Assembly (NCBI GenBank): GCA_010093815.1 | Contig: ML996576.1 | Strand: one strand, 5' to 3' | DNA length: 64,000 bases | Source of the DNA: Pseudovirgaria hyperparasitica | Lineage: Eukaryota | Part shown: in pieces, positions 24,974-37,422 of the stretch | Position numbering within the stretch: the stretch's first letter is position 1 | Layout of the letters: every line of letters begins with the position of its first letter | The notes under the pieces: generated by a model | The model's input: the letters and a program-made list of their open reading frames with translations, nothing else | Database searches by the model: none | What the model was told of the DNA's origin: nothing | Program-made: the position numbers and the translations under genes

Positions 24974-25607
24974 AGAGTGTAGCAATATATCCAATGCGTG
25001 TGCTTTCTGAAACTTGCTTCCTGGTGCCTAGTCTTTGTGATTGTGTGTGGGTGATGTCGTGATGCTACATGTTGCCTTGCTGGTGTTTGTGTGTTTGTGG
25101 ATGCGTGTGGTGTTTGGATTAGGGCTGGGTTGGGGATGTGGTGTGTGGTTCTGTGGGGTTTGGTTGGGTGGAGACTGGTGTGGCGGGAGAGCAAAATGAA
25201 GTTTTTGGCTTGTTCGGATTGCGACTGGGGAGTGGGAGAGGGTGTGCTGTGGGTGTTTGTAAAGATCAAAGGGTGGGTTATTTACGTAGCAGGGTTGATA
25301 AATGAGGGTTTGTGCGAGGGTAAGGATGGGCTGGGATGGGTTATGGTGGAGGGCTAACAGGGGGTTTATGAGTACAGGGGAGTGTAAGGGGGTGAGTATG
25401 AGGTTGAGGGTATAAGTGTCTGGTCGTAGATGTAGACGTAGAAAAGGGTGTAGGGAGGGCGACGAACCGCGATTTCGGCGTACTGAATACGTAGGATATA
25501 TGGTTAACAGGCTATGGACCTTGGATGGAATCTCCGATACCAACAGACAAAAAGTATCCAAAAACGAATGATTTGGACAAAAGACTATGGATAGGCTCCC
25601 AAACTAC

Positions 25608-26351
25608 TCAGTGCGTCATCGTCCGACGCAGCGCCTCCCTCCGCCGCCTCACCCGCTCCATGTCCTGCCTCGACTGCTCCTCATTCCGAGCCTGTATAGC
25701 CACAAAAGCAAGGAGCCGCGCATCCTCCAGGTCCTTCTGCGCCTGTCTCACAAACGCAGGCTGATCATCCAGCACATCCAGCGCCAAATCATCCACCCAA
25801 CCACCAGGCAGCCCATCACGCAGCTTCTGGCGAATATCCCAATGATCATGGGCGTCAACCTGGTCGGCGGCACGCATATGCTCGACAATGACGTCCGGCG
25901 CGACGCCGTTCTGGAGATGATACAGCACGGCTTTCCGCGAGCACTTGTTGAACGTCTCGAGCCAGAGCCAGATGATCCAGAGCTCGAAGGCGAGCTTGAG
26001 ACTGGCCGTGTTGGCGGGGCGGAGGTTGAAGATGGCGTAGGCGGCGTCGCTGAAGTCCATGACGAGGAGGAGCCATTTTGCGAGCGGCTGGGCGGGCGCG
26101 CGTAGGGCGCGTTGCATGCGGAGGATGGAGTCGCGGGTGTCGCGGATGATGGCGCGGGGGAGCATGGTGCCGGGGAGGAGGTTGAGGGTGAGGGCGGCGG
26201 TGGGGAGGCAGTTGAGGATGTGGACGGTGTTGATGGAGTCTGGGATGAGGGTGCGGAGTTGGTCGCGGACGTCGTATTCGATGTCTTTGGTCTTGCCCAT
26301 GTCGTAGATTTTGACGTTTGGGGTGCATGGTTCTGTGTCTTTTGGGTCCAT
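25608..26351 (-). CDS. Uncharacterised protein (~247 aa)
   Basis: ORF from AAACAAATG (MDPKDTEPC...) with strong codon bias and a coiled-coil-like end. The upstream extension in the ORF track looks like UTR. Confidence 0.65.
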   Translation of the reverse strand: MDPKDTEPCTPNVKIYDMGKTKDIEYDVRDQLRTLIPDSINTVHILNCLPTAALTLNLLPGTMLPRAIIRDTRDSILRMQRALRAPAQPLAKWLLLVMDFSDAAYAIFNLRPANTASLKLAFELWIIWLWLETFNKCSRKAVLYHLQNGVAPDVIVEHMRAADQVDAHDHWDIRQKLRDGLPGGWVDDLALDVLDDQPAFVRQAQKDLEDARLLAFVAIQARNEEQSRQDMERVRRRREALRRTMTH

Positions 26352-26739
26352 TTGTTTGGGTTTTGGCTGGGTACGGTCTGGGGGTTTTTTTTTGGTATTA
26401 CGAAAAAGTAATAGGTGGGGATATGTGATGCTTTGTGTAGATGGCTGTTTGAGCGATTGATGTGGTGGATGATATGTCGGGTTTGAGCTGGGGGGTTTTG
26501 ATCTAGTTATACGGTGAGGAAGTGCTGTTGTGTGTTTTGAGTAGGAGGTGCTCGGCACTTGGTTGGTCTTGCCCAGGTTTGCGAGATCCATTTCTCTCGA
26601 ATACACCAAAAGGGGCGGTCGCTTGGTAGTGGGAAGTGTGATACAGGTGTATTGCAATAGACCGACATGGAGGCTCATCTCCCGTGAACCCATGGCTTGC
26701 CAGTGAAAACTTGATCCTTCAGCGAGGACATTTGAGCCA

Positions 26740-27580
26740 CAAGACTTTCAGTGACATGTTGATAAACCATAGTCCACGAGTGCAATACCAGAGATAGCAA
26801 AGACAGCGGCAGTGAAAATCCAGACTTCAATCGATGTCTCTCCCGTTGGGAACTCCGGCTCACACTTGCCGTCGGGGTAGACAGTCTGAATCCGAATGGG
26901 ACTGCGACACTATGTAGATATGGGTACATTTGACTGGTGTTCGAGTTACATGCTGACCTTACCGTGCCTTCCATCACTGTATTGACAATCGACGTGGTCA
27001 TCAATGACACACCAGACCGCTCCATCACAGCACTCGTCCTGCCTTACTGATGACGAACAGCTTGGTAAGCTATATATGCCCTCATTCTCAGCGTAGAGTT
27101 AAGATCTTACGAGGTAAACATAAAGCACGCCAGCAAAGAATGCTAGACAGTGTCCTCTGGCGATGCTGACTTGTCGTTCACAGCTTGCCGGCCGTGATAT
27201 ATATCGAGAGCGAACATGTATCTGACCGACTCGGTCTCCACACAAGCTCTCTCGCCAAAGTAGCTCGACGTCACCATTCCTGACGAACATTCAACCATTC
27301 CATGCTGTAAGGTGATCCTGTAATGACCACGTCCCAGGTGCGAGGAAGGAGTTGTTGCCGTTTGAGTTCACTGTATCGAGCGTGGGATGAGTTTGTAGCG
27401 AGTGTAACGTTTGAGATAACTGGAGGTGTATATGGGTTCCCGAGTGATGTAAAGTATGCGACGATTAGTCTCGAGTTTATCTTTTCGGTGGAGAAAGCAT
27501 TCCTGATTTGCTCAGGACAGTAGTGGTGCTCGTATTCGTCGACCCAGAAACCAGCGTAATCGAATCCGCAACTCCACCAC
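26740..27580 (-). pseudogene. Possible gene relic (Cys-containing segment followed by a hydrophobic helix)
   Basis: Protein-like fragments in different frames (DYAGFWVDEYEHHYCPEQ...; DECCDGAVWCVIDDHVDC...; CRSPIRIQTVYPDGKCEPEF...IFTAAVFAISGIALV) with GTAAG donors, but no continuous model and no promoter space. Confidence 0.3.
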
Positions 27581-27584
27581 TCAC

Positions 27585-29039
27585 TCACATCTCCCACCCC
27601 CCAATCAACCCACCACTACCCTCTCCCCTTTCCCCCCTCCCACACCCAACCCTCCCCCTACACCACTCAATCCCCTCCCACCAGGCCTCACACCCCTCAA
27701 ACCCCCCCTCCCGCTCCAACACCCCGGCAATCTCCACCACAAGCCTCCTCCCCACCGCCCTCGCCCACCACGCCTCCCTCCCCATCCGATCCAACAGCAC
27801 AGCCCAATGCATAAGCAAGAACAACGCCAGCGGCTCGCGCCGCGCCAGCGCACGTGTATACGCCCTTCCTGCCGCGAAGGGGAACGAGATGCAGAAGAAC
27901 TTGATTGCGTCTTTGGCGGTTTCGACGAAGCAGAGGTTGAGCGAGGAGAGGGCGAGGGGGTAGGTTAGGTCTTGTGGGGGTTGTGGTTGTGGGGGTATTG
28001 TCGCCGTCGTCGTGCCTGTGTCGGTGGTGGTGGTGGTAGGAATAGGGGTAGGAGTGGTAGCAAGCGCAACAACCTCCGCAACCCGCGCCATCGCAAGCTG
28101 TGTATCCGCGTCCAAGTCCCCGCGCGGCGCCATCCTGATCAGTTCCATTGCAGATACCAGACTGGGTGCTAGCGGGGATGTCATCAGCCAGTCCCAATGC
28201 CCGACTGCCATTGCGGCGCCGTGTACGTATAGCGCGAACAGCGTGCCTATATGGCCCAGTACGCTGCTACTACCGCTGCTGCACCACTCTGTAACATCGT
28301 CGTCGATGGCGGGGTTGTTGTTGTTTTTGTTGCGAAATTGCGGAATCGCAAGATTGATCATACCAACAAGCATGCTAAACATGTAAAAGACGTGCGCGCT
28401 ATGCTCTGTGATGGCGCCTATCTGGCCGCGGAACGAGGCGCTGGCGGTGTCGTAGTATTCCATTGCGGCGCGGAGGTATGTCGCTGTTGTCGCTGTGTTA
28501 CTGCTGGTGTTGTTGATGTCGTTGTTGGTACTGGTCAGATACGCCTTTTCGAGCGCGGATATGGCCAGGATGCCGTGGAGCATATAGGAGTATTGCATGC
28601 CGCCACGGGGCACCTCGACGGCGAGGTAGAATGCGTCTTGGGGCACGGCGACCATGGTTGCGTATGTGTGTGTCGTCCAGTGGTGGAGGAGTTCGAGGTC
28701 GAGCATGTGGCGCGCGGGCGTCGATGTTGCGTTGTTGTTGTCGTTATCATTGGAGATGATGATAGGCGAGGGCGAGAGTTGCGGAGAGGGGGCTTTGTAG
28801 TGGGAGGAGCGTGGCGGACTGCCGTTGTAGGAACAGGTGCTGCTGCATCTGCGGGCGACGCAGTTTGCGCATGGTGGGCCTTGTTCGTCGCACTGAGTCC
28901 ATTGATGAGATGTTAGTTGTCTGGTTCGTAAGTGGGAGGGTAATGGGAAAAGGGGGTATCGTGCTTTTACGTGTCTCCTTTTGCAGTTTGAACACCCGCG
29001 CCGCGACTTACTGTGCGTTGTACGTTTCGACGGCGCCAT
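27585..29039 (-). CDS. Zn(II)2Cys6 transcription factor, Upc2/Ecm22-like family
   Basis: HSKSRRGCSNCKRRHVK|CDEQGPPCANC...CSY after removing 28893-28964. Also LDLELLHHW, YMLHGILAISAL and the terminal W..IEW motif typical of this family. Confidence 0.9.
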   Translation of the reverse strand: MAPSKRTTHSKSRRGCSNCKRRHVKARYPLFPLPSHLRTRQLTSHQWTQCDEQGPPCANCVARRCSSTCSYNGSPPRSSHYKAPSPQLSPSPIIISNDNDNNNATSTPARHMLDLELLHHWTTHTYATMVAVPQDAFYLAVEVPRGGMQYSYMLHGILAISALEKAYLTSTNNDINNTSSNTATTATYLRAAMEYYDTASASFRGQIGAITEHSAHVFYMFSMLVGMINLAIPQFRNKNNNNPAIDDDVTEWCSSGSSSVLGHIGTLFALYVHGAAMAVGHWDWLMTSPLAPSLVSAMELIRMAPRGDLDADTQLAMARVAEVVALATTPTPIPTTTTTDTGTTTATIPPQPQPPQDLTYPLALSSLNLCFVETAKDAIKFFCISFPFAAGRAYTRALARREPLALFLLMHWAVLLDRMGREAWWARAVGRRLVVEIAGVLEREGGFEGCEAWWEGIEWCRGRVGCGRGERGEGSGGLIGGWEM

Positions 29040-30266
29040 ATTCGTGACTCGTGTCTCTTCTAAGGGCGATTGCTATATCATACAGGCCACTCTTCTTTCT
29101 GTAAGGTATTTAGTATCGCACAGTCTCAGGAACGACTTTCAGCCCCAGGGCTTCCCAGGCCATTTAAACCGCCATGCTACGTCTAATCTCGAATCCAACC
29201 GCGGCGGAATCGGGAAAAGTCGTGAAAAGACATGGATAGACGTCAGAGTGGTGTATGGCAAGGGGTCATCTTCGAGCCAAGGCTTGGATGGATGATAACA
29301 TCTCAGGCTCATCAGCCTCAGCCTCAGCCTCAGCCTCGTCAAACCGAGCTGACAGGCTGCCACCCCTACACACTTGACTTTTTCAGCATAGTGTACGCAT
29401 GCTACATGCTTGGCTGTACCGGGGAGGCTACTTGGGACATAACGTTAGTAATGGCATAGGAATTAATGATTGGAGATGCACCCTTCGCTTGATCAGTCAG
29501 ACAGACAGAACAGGCATCTTGGCGCGCTGTGCGGACCCACTGGATATTCCATGCATGACTCGACCGACTCGACCCCGTCTACATGACTTTGGTTCGATTC
29601 AGTGTAAGTGGGATATAGATAAACGTTCCGTCAGCGCGACATAGGGCGAGATCTAGAAAATTTGCCACGGGAGCATTCTGTAGCATATTCGCCTGTTTAG
29701 CCAAAATGGGAAGAAAAAGGGTTCTTGGACTTGACATGACTTGACAAAGCGGACGCTCCCGAGATCCGATCAACATGGATGGACAGGTTGAGGTGTGACT
29801 CAGCAAGGGAACTTGCTTTGTTATTACTATAGCTAGGCTTGCGAACTCTGCGCAGGATGGTTTGACCACACTTCCGGCTTCGTTGGTCTTTGATTTGTGT
29901 GAGTCATGATCTGTCGTAGTCGCGGGTCTGCTATGATGTGAGTGCCAAAATTCAGGCATCTATAGCATCCGACCTGTACTTGTCCCTACCGTGGTAGAGG
30001 GTCTCTTCTTTGGTAGTCCCTGGAGGCATGCTGTGGGATGCTCATCGACAGGTTGACGTCAGAAGTGATATGCCCGCGCTTCCAGGCTGTTGGGACTTTA
30101 TGCTCATCGAAGCAGAACCACAGTTCCTGCCTGAGGGTGGGAATGTATTCCTGCCCCTCGAGATCTGCTGCTGTGGTCGCTAGAGGGCTATCATCTCCGT
30201 CTTCGTCCTGTCCTCTTCCTTCCGAACCATCCTCTCGGCAAAGTGTTAAGACGAGGAACAGCCCTT

Positions 30267-31421
30267 TCAATCCCTCCACCCAACATAGACCTCATCAGTC
30301 CTATATCTCTGCGTGCACGTCGTGTCTTCCCACTCCGTCCTCACACCCGTCTCCCAAGCCAGCAGTCCAGCATGCGCAATCATAATTCCATTATCAATGC
30401 AAAACCGCTCATCCGTTGCAAACACACCACCACCGCGGTCCCGTGCCATGACGCCCATCATCTCCTGCAAACGCTCATTGCATCCCACCCCACCCACCAC
30501 AAGCACCTGCGCACTGCCCACATGCGCCATCGCCCGCTCCGTAATCTCCACCAGCATCGCAAACACCGTCTCCTGCAACGAGAAACACAAGTCCTCCTTC
30601 GTCACCCACTTCCCCGTCTCCTCGTCTCTCAATCGCTTGCCTTCCGGCACGTCATCCCCGATCTGCCCCGCCAAGACGTCCGCACTGGCTAGTATCCCCG
30701 AGAAGCTCGCGTCCATGCCTTTGACGGCATACGGCAAGTCGACGAGCACCCGGCCTTTCTTCGCCAGCTGCTCGATATTATACCCTGGCGCCGGATCGTT
30801 TGGAATGTTCAGCGTGCGCGCGAAGCGGTCGAGACAGTTGCCGACGGCGATGTCGAGGGCCTCGCCGAAGATGCGGTAGCGTCGCGAGGAATAGGCAATG
30901 ACTTGGGTGTTGCCGCCGGAGACGTAGAGGACGACCGGGTTGGAGGCGCCGGTGATGGCGCGGCCCATTTCGATGTCTAAACCACGCACAAGACATGTGT
31001 CAGAAGGATTTCATGGCATGTAATATGGTGTAATGTTTTGGGAATGACTGAGAGAGCTGTACGTACGGCCTACGCAGTGGTTCACGCCTACGATGGGCTT
31101 GTCCCATAGGATGCTCAGCGTGCGCGCTGCGACAGCAACACTTTGAAGTGGCGCGCCCATGCCTGGGCCTTTCGTGTAGCAGATGCAGTCAATATCCGAC
31201 ACCTTCACCTTGGCCTGCTTCATGGATTGTTTGACGAGCCGCACAACCCATGAGCGGTGGTGCTTCGCCGTGTCTTTGGGTAAGAAGCCCTCGCCAGGTG
31301 GAGAGACATAGGTGTGGCGGAGGTTGGCGAGGATGATGGGCGTTTTCCCTGGAGCTGGATGGGAGATTACGCCGACACCTAGTTTATTTGCGGAGCCTTC
31401 GAGGCCAATCGATATGGGCAT
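30267..31421 (-). CDS. KAE1: tRNA N6-adenosine threonylcarbamoyltransferase (KEOPS subunit)
   Basis: [36 protein letters not shown] (intron 30977-31066), [24 protein letters not shown]. Confidence 0.97.
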
Positions 31422-31816
31422 TGCGAGCGGTGCGGTGTCAAGTGTGCGAATGCTTCAGAAGGTTGTATTAAATGTATCGCGAGGACGTCTGTTCGCTAGC
31501 GGGGCAAAGCGAGCCTAACGTGTGAGGCATCAACTAAATATAGGGACGCATTCATCGACATTAATACAGTACCTGGGGCTAAGGTGAGGTTAGTCTTAGA
31601 CGATGATCAGTACCAGCTCACTAATCTCGGACGCAAAATGAGTATGACCTATATTCCCATTAAAAGGTATTAATGATGTATATCTAAGCAACTCAAAACA
31701 CCACCCTCGTGTCCTGTGTATCAATATATACATAAGCCCGCTCGTAAAATGCTTCAAAAAACGCCCCCAGGGTCGTGACATCACCATCATGATCGAACAA
31801 ATACCGCAATATTCCT

Positions 31817-34800
31817 CTAGTGCATCTTTTCTAGACTCTGTAGGCTGACCAATTCAAAATATTTGCCCTTTCTTGATATTAGTTCTTGGTGGGTTCCCTT
31901 TTCTACTATCCGGCCTGCGTCAAAGACGTAGATGACATCGGCCTTTTGGATCGTGCTAAGACGATGTGCCACGGCAATTGTGGTTCGACCTTTGGCCGCA
32001 GCATCGAGTGCGGCTTGTACCACCTTTTCAGACTCCGAGTCGAGCGCGGAGGTGGCTTCGTCGAGAAGGAGGATCTTTGGATCGCGGATGAGGGCACGAG
32101 CAATGGCTACTCGCTGTTTCTGACCTCCAGAAAGCAAGGCGCCTTTGTTACCACAGACAGTGTTGAAGCCCTCACTACACGTTGATTAGCAAGCGATTAA
32201 AGCCTTTGTGAGTATGAGACTTACGGTAGCGACATGATGAAGTCGTAGATATTCGCGTTCTTGCAGGCTTTTTCGATCTGCTCATCCGTGATGTCCTCTC
32301 GATCGCCCCCAAGCAGGATGTTCTCACGCACTGTACCTTGGTACAGCGTAGGTTCTTGGCTGACGAGCGCCAGGAAGCTTCGGTACTGGTTAATATTGAG
32401 GGACGAGATCTCTTTGCCGTCGACATAAACGCCACCAGCCAGAGGGTCATAGAAGCGCTCAAGCATGGCGATAGTGGTACTCTTACCACAGCCACTTGCG
32501 CCGACAAGTGCAACATATTGGCCAGGTTTGACGGTCAGGTCGAGGCCACGAAGCACAGGCTGCTCTGGACGGGTGGGATAGCGGAAGTGTACGTCGCGGA
32601 ACTCAATGCTGCCTTCCATCGTCTGGACCTCCTCGCCATCGTTCGACCAGGTGTCGATTGAGGGGACACGGTTGAACAGATTCAGGAGCTCGGTGGCAGC
32701 GTGCTTGGCTTTGCCCATGTCTGGAGCGAATGAGAAGACGGTGCCGGCAGACTGAGAGCCAAAAATTACAGACGAAAAGCAAACAAAGAACTGGAAAAGA
32801 CCCAACTCGCCTCGCGCCAGGAGCGTTCCTCCCCACCAGAAGCCGAGAGCAGTGCAGCAGAAGATGAGCGACTGAGACAAGGCGTAAAGAACAGAAGACT
32901 TGAGCACAGACCTCAGACTCCTTCTACCCTGGTCGACGATTTGTTCGTGATACTGGTCCCAGACATCTTGTTCTCGTGTAAGAGATGCAACGGTGCGAAT
33001 GGCGGCAGTAGCTTCGCAAGCAAAACTTGCAGACTTCTCGTAGACCTTCTTTGATCTATGCTCGAACCTCGCGAGAAGCCAGAAGCGAAAGAAACCGCAT
33101 GCCAGGAGGACTGGGACTGTAGCAATACAGACGATAGCTAGTTTCCAAGCTATGGCGAGACTCAACGCAAATGCGCCAATCAAGGTGGACACGGAATTGA
33201 GTATCGTTCCAAGAGTAGCACCACTGAGACCGGCCAAGCTTGTAGTCTGTGTCGAAAGAGTTGAAGTCAAAGCACCAGCGGTATTTTCTTCCCTGTCGAA
33301 ATAGCCAATATCTTGTCGTAGCATTGTTCTGAATGCCTTGTCTCGTACCCTGTGTATCAGTTTTTCTGAACAATATCCAAAGGTAGACATGTTCAGTGTC
33401 CAAGAGAGGAACATGACGAAAGCGAGCATGAGATACATGGCAGCCCAGAAATTCACATCGCTCCGGAGTTGGTCATATTGGTTTGGAGGATACGACAGAG
33501 ATACGATAGCTTTAGAGAAGAAGACTGCCTGGACAGGATTGCCACCTCCTGCAATTGCTGCCATGACGAGACCGAAAGCCATGAGATGCCATTCTGAGCG
33601 ATTGAAACTCCAGATGAACTTGATGATAGTCCAAAGTGAATAAGTCTGCTCCTTGTCGCCTGGGCGCTTCTGCAGCGCAATCTCTGATTGTGACATTGCG
33701 GACTTTGATTTCTTCAATCGAAGAGCTACGTCTTCTTCTGCTTCCTCGTATCCACGGCTCTTAGATCTTGACCGAGACAGATTCAACTCTATCTTTTCTT
33801 TCTCGTCAGTTGAGCTGGCAGAGTCTTCCTCTTCTTCGGTGAGCTCTGTCTCGGTTTTGGCTGCGATTCTCTGAGCCTCGACCAAATTGTAATAGGCATT
33901 CTTCTTTTCGAGGAGGTCATCATGCAGGCCCTGCTCGACGATCCTTCCTCGGGACATGACGACAATGTTATCGGCATTCTTGATGGTTGATAGACGGTGG
34001 GCAATGACGATTGTTGTCCGGCCTTCTGCAGCTTTGTCCAAGGCAGCCTGGACGACACCTTCACTTTTCGTATCGAGTGCAGATGTTGCTTCGTCTAGAA
34101 GCAGAATTCGTGGATTGCTGACAACAGCTCGGGCAATCGCGATCCTCTGCTTCTGCCCCCCAGACATGAGGAAGCCTCTTTCTCCGACATTCGTCTCGTA
34201 GCCTTCTGGAAGCGCGGTAATGAAATCGTGAGCGTTACACATCTTCGCAGCGTCATGTACGAGCTCAGTAACCTTTTCATCGTCAAGATGCTCGTGTTCT
34301 GTACCGATCAGACCGTGCTTGATGTTCTTGAAGACAGTAGTCGCGAATAGGACAGGCTCTTGCTGAACGAGAGCGACTTGGCGACGAAGCCATCGGACAT
34401 TCAGGTCTTTCATATTAATGCCATCAAGGTATACCTCGCCGCCGACAGGATCGTAGAAGCGTTCCACCAGGCCTACAATTGTGCTCTTGCCAGATCCAGA
34501 AGCGCCGACCAGGGCTGTTGTCTTGCCAGCCGGGACCATTAGACTAACATCCTCCATAACAACAACTTCTGGTCGGGAAGGGTATATGTGCTTGATGTTT
34601 CGGAGTTCAACAGTGCCTTCGACAGATTCAGGGATGAGACCTTCGTTCAGTGTACCGTCGATTGGAGAAACACGGTCGATAGTCGAAAAAATCTTCGCAG
34701 CGGCGGCAGTAGCAGTGGAAAATGATTTGATCCATGGGCCAACATTGCCAAGAGAAAATGCGCCGATCATGATGGCCAGAAGAATGGTAATGACGGACGA

Positions 34801-35907
34801 CAAGTTCATTTCGCCAGCCACGAGGAAGCGAGAACCCTGCCAGAAGGACAGCCCATAGTTCAGGTAGATGATACACATCATGCTCCCAAGCATGCATGCG
34901 AGCGTAATGGACATTTTCCTAGCCCACTTCTCCGCAACACCCAGATGCTCGTCGTACTGCTTAGCCAGCTTATCCTGAGTTCCGAAGGCAGAGGCATTTC
35001 GAATAGAGCTTAGCACTTCTTCTGCAATCGTTCCACCAGCCGCATAAGACGAAAGAGACTGCTTGTTGTACTTTAGAATGAAAGTTGAGCCAGCGCCCAT
35101 GACAGTCACAATGGCCACAACAACCGAGGTCAGGATCAGAGTGAGTTTCCAGTATTTCACGAAACCGATGACAAAGGCAGCGACGAAAGTTGCTATAGCA
35201 TTCAGCGTCAATCCGACTTTTTCAGACATGCCCTCCTGAACAAGATTAGAATCGGCCGTAATCCTGGTGGTGATCTCTCCGGCTCCCAATTTGTCGAAGT
35301 AGCCAATGTTTTGACGAAGAATAGCGGCAAGATAGGCTTCTCGCACTTTGCCAGACATGTGCTCGCCGGTGTATAAATATCCAACGGTGTAAATGTAAGT
35401 GAGTATAAACTCGCCAATGGACAGGTAGACGAAATACAACGTGTATGTAGATAAGCTATCCTGAAAGGCTGACACAGGAGTGGTGCCCTGGAAAAAGCCC
35501 TGGAAGGTACCGGCGAGTTGGCCGAAAATGACGGTCATCAGGGGCATCAGAGCGCCAGCAGCGATGGCGCAGAAGGCGGCGATGCTCAAAATGATGAGGT
35601 CCATCCTCGTGGCATAGCGATACAGTGTGAAATACGTCACTTTGACGTCTGGAGTGACAAGCTGGCGCCGGAGAACATGCTGTTCATCTACTGGTAGCTT
35701 TTCCAAAGCATCTTCGGTCTCGCTGTCGATGGGCTTGACGACAGAGGAATCTGCCTTGCTGAGGTCGAGAGTCTGCATCCCATCTGCAGGCACACCTTCG
35801 ACAGGCATAGGGGCTTGAGCGGCAGCGACCTTTTCTTGATCTTGCACGACATGTTGACTGGAGTCGCTGCTGTGCCTGTCGATGGTGTTCTTATCGGGTG
35901 CAGACAT
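31817..35907 (-). CDS. mdr1: Full-length ABCB (MDR1/P-glycoprotein-type) transporter
   Basis: TMD-NBD-TMD-NBD layout with Walker [10 protein letters not shown] and GASGCGKST, signature (M/L)SGGQKQR and [11 protein letters not shown]. One intron, 32175-32224. Confidence 0.95.
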
Positions 35908-36653
35908 AGCTGGGTGCACACTGCAGCGCCTCGGAGAAAAAGAAAAGTTAAAGAATCCGGGGAGGATCGGCCGTCTACCTCCCAGTCCTTGCCAGCGCCG
36001 TCAGTATTAGTCGCGATAATTAAGAAGACGACGAGATGCGAGCGCGAGATATAAAGATGTCGCGAACGAAGGCGAGAAGGCGAAAAAGCAAGCCGCGAGT
36101 CAATGCGATCGGCAAAGCAGTTATACGCGCTTAGGCTGGTTGAGGTAGGTGAAAAGCAGCCAGGGAGGCGAATAGTAAATGGCGATGACCGAGGCACGTG
36201 TGACAAGTCGTGAAACTGCCTTTTCGAGAGAGCAGCAGTCAAAAGGGAGAGGAGAAGACTGGAGTGACAGAAGGCTGTATGTATATGGAAGTGCGGTAAG
36301 GCGAGTTGGAGAGGCGACGGGTGCATACGATGTATACGACGACACGGCTGTATAGGATACGATGCGATATAACCAAAACCAAACTAGTCTAGATTACCTG
36401 CGTAGGAATCATTCATCTCGTACACGAGTCGGCACGCGGGAACAAAGATGGATCGGAGTTCTGCGCTGCGGACGGACCAACATAATACCTATTCGATTAA
36501 TTGGTTTTAGCATGTTTACGAAGTTCAACAGGCCCAATCTCAGCCTCCAGTGTCCACTTTGCAGCACTTCATCTCACTCTTCTGGCTAAAAGACCGCTGC
36601 CCTTACGCGTAATGGACTATGCATCCAAGCTATCCATGCCTTGCTGCCTGATA

Positions 36654-36869
36654 TTAGTAATACGCTAAAAGAAGGTTGTCCCGCTCGGCTCGGCAACTTC
36701 TCATCCGTTGATTGGGCTTTCGAGAGAGTATAGACAATAATACACTTCAGACTCCACATTCCAGACCTTCAAGTCCAGACACTAAATTTCATGGCAACTT
36801 GATCAAAAACTCCGCTCTCGAGCTATGTTCGGGTGCTTCGCTTCGCTTCTCTCAGCGGCCAATGACTCA
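36654..36869. promoter_or_regulatory. Candidate bZIP (Yap1/AP-1) elements upstream of the MDR transporter
   Basis: TTAGTAA at 36654-36660 and TGACTCA at 36863-36869. Both are short motifs and could be chance. Confidence 0.35.
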
Positions 36870-37422
36870 CTATGATCTAGCATGCATGCTGCTGCGTGGG
36901 TCTGCATCTCGTCCCGTTCGTCTGATCCACTGTGCTACTGTCCACGACTGTCATGTAATGCATACGACGAACTGTCTCCTTCCGAGCATCTATGCATACC
37001 ATGATACCATGAATGTGGATGCCTAGCAGGCGGGATCGACGTGCCCATTCATCTATCCTGGAATACGGCTGATTAGCTACTGAGCCACGTAAGCGCTACA
37101 CACCATCACGAACATCGTTGCATGAACGTTGAGACTTGCTGCCTGTTATCGTCGCCGCTTACCCCTCCATCAGAGTCGGTGTCTCTATCCATCCATCCGA
37201 AAGAGCACGGACAACTTTCGTCGGATTTGGCACACCGGCGTCCGGAACCCGCGCCATGACGACCGCCGACGTTTCGTCCGTCTGCTCTGGCGTGGTTCCC
37301 TGTAAGATCAAAGAGATTCCCATATATTGCGTGTGATTGATTCATTATCTCTTCTTATAATTGTGACGGAGCTGCCAAAAGCCAACCGAGTCCAGTACTC
37401 CCGTGGCGTCCACCATCTCCAC

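Noticed and set aside
27585..35907. Secondary-metabolite cluster (TF plus ABC transporter, methyltransferase, NmrA)
   Set aside because: There is no PKS, NRPS or terpene backbone gene, and the genes are dispersed among housekeeping loci.
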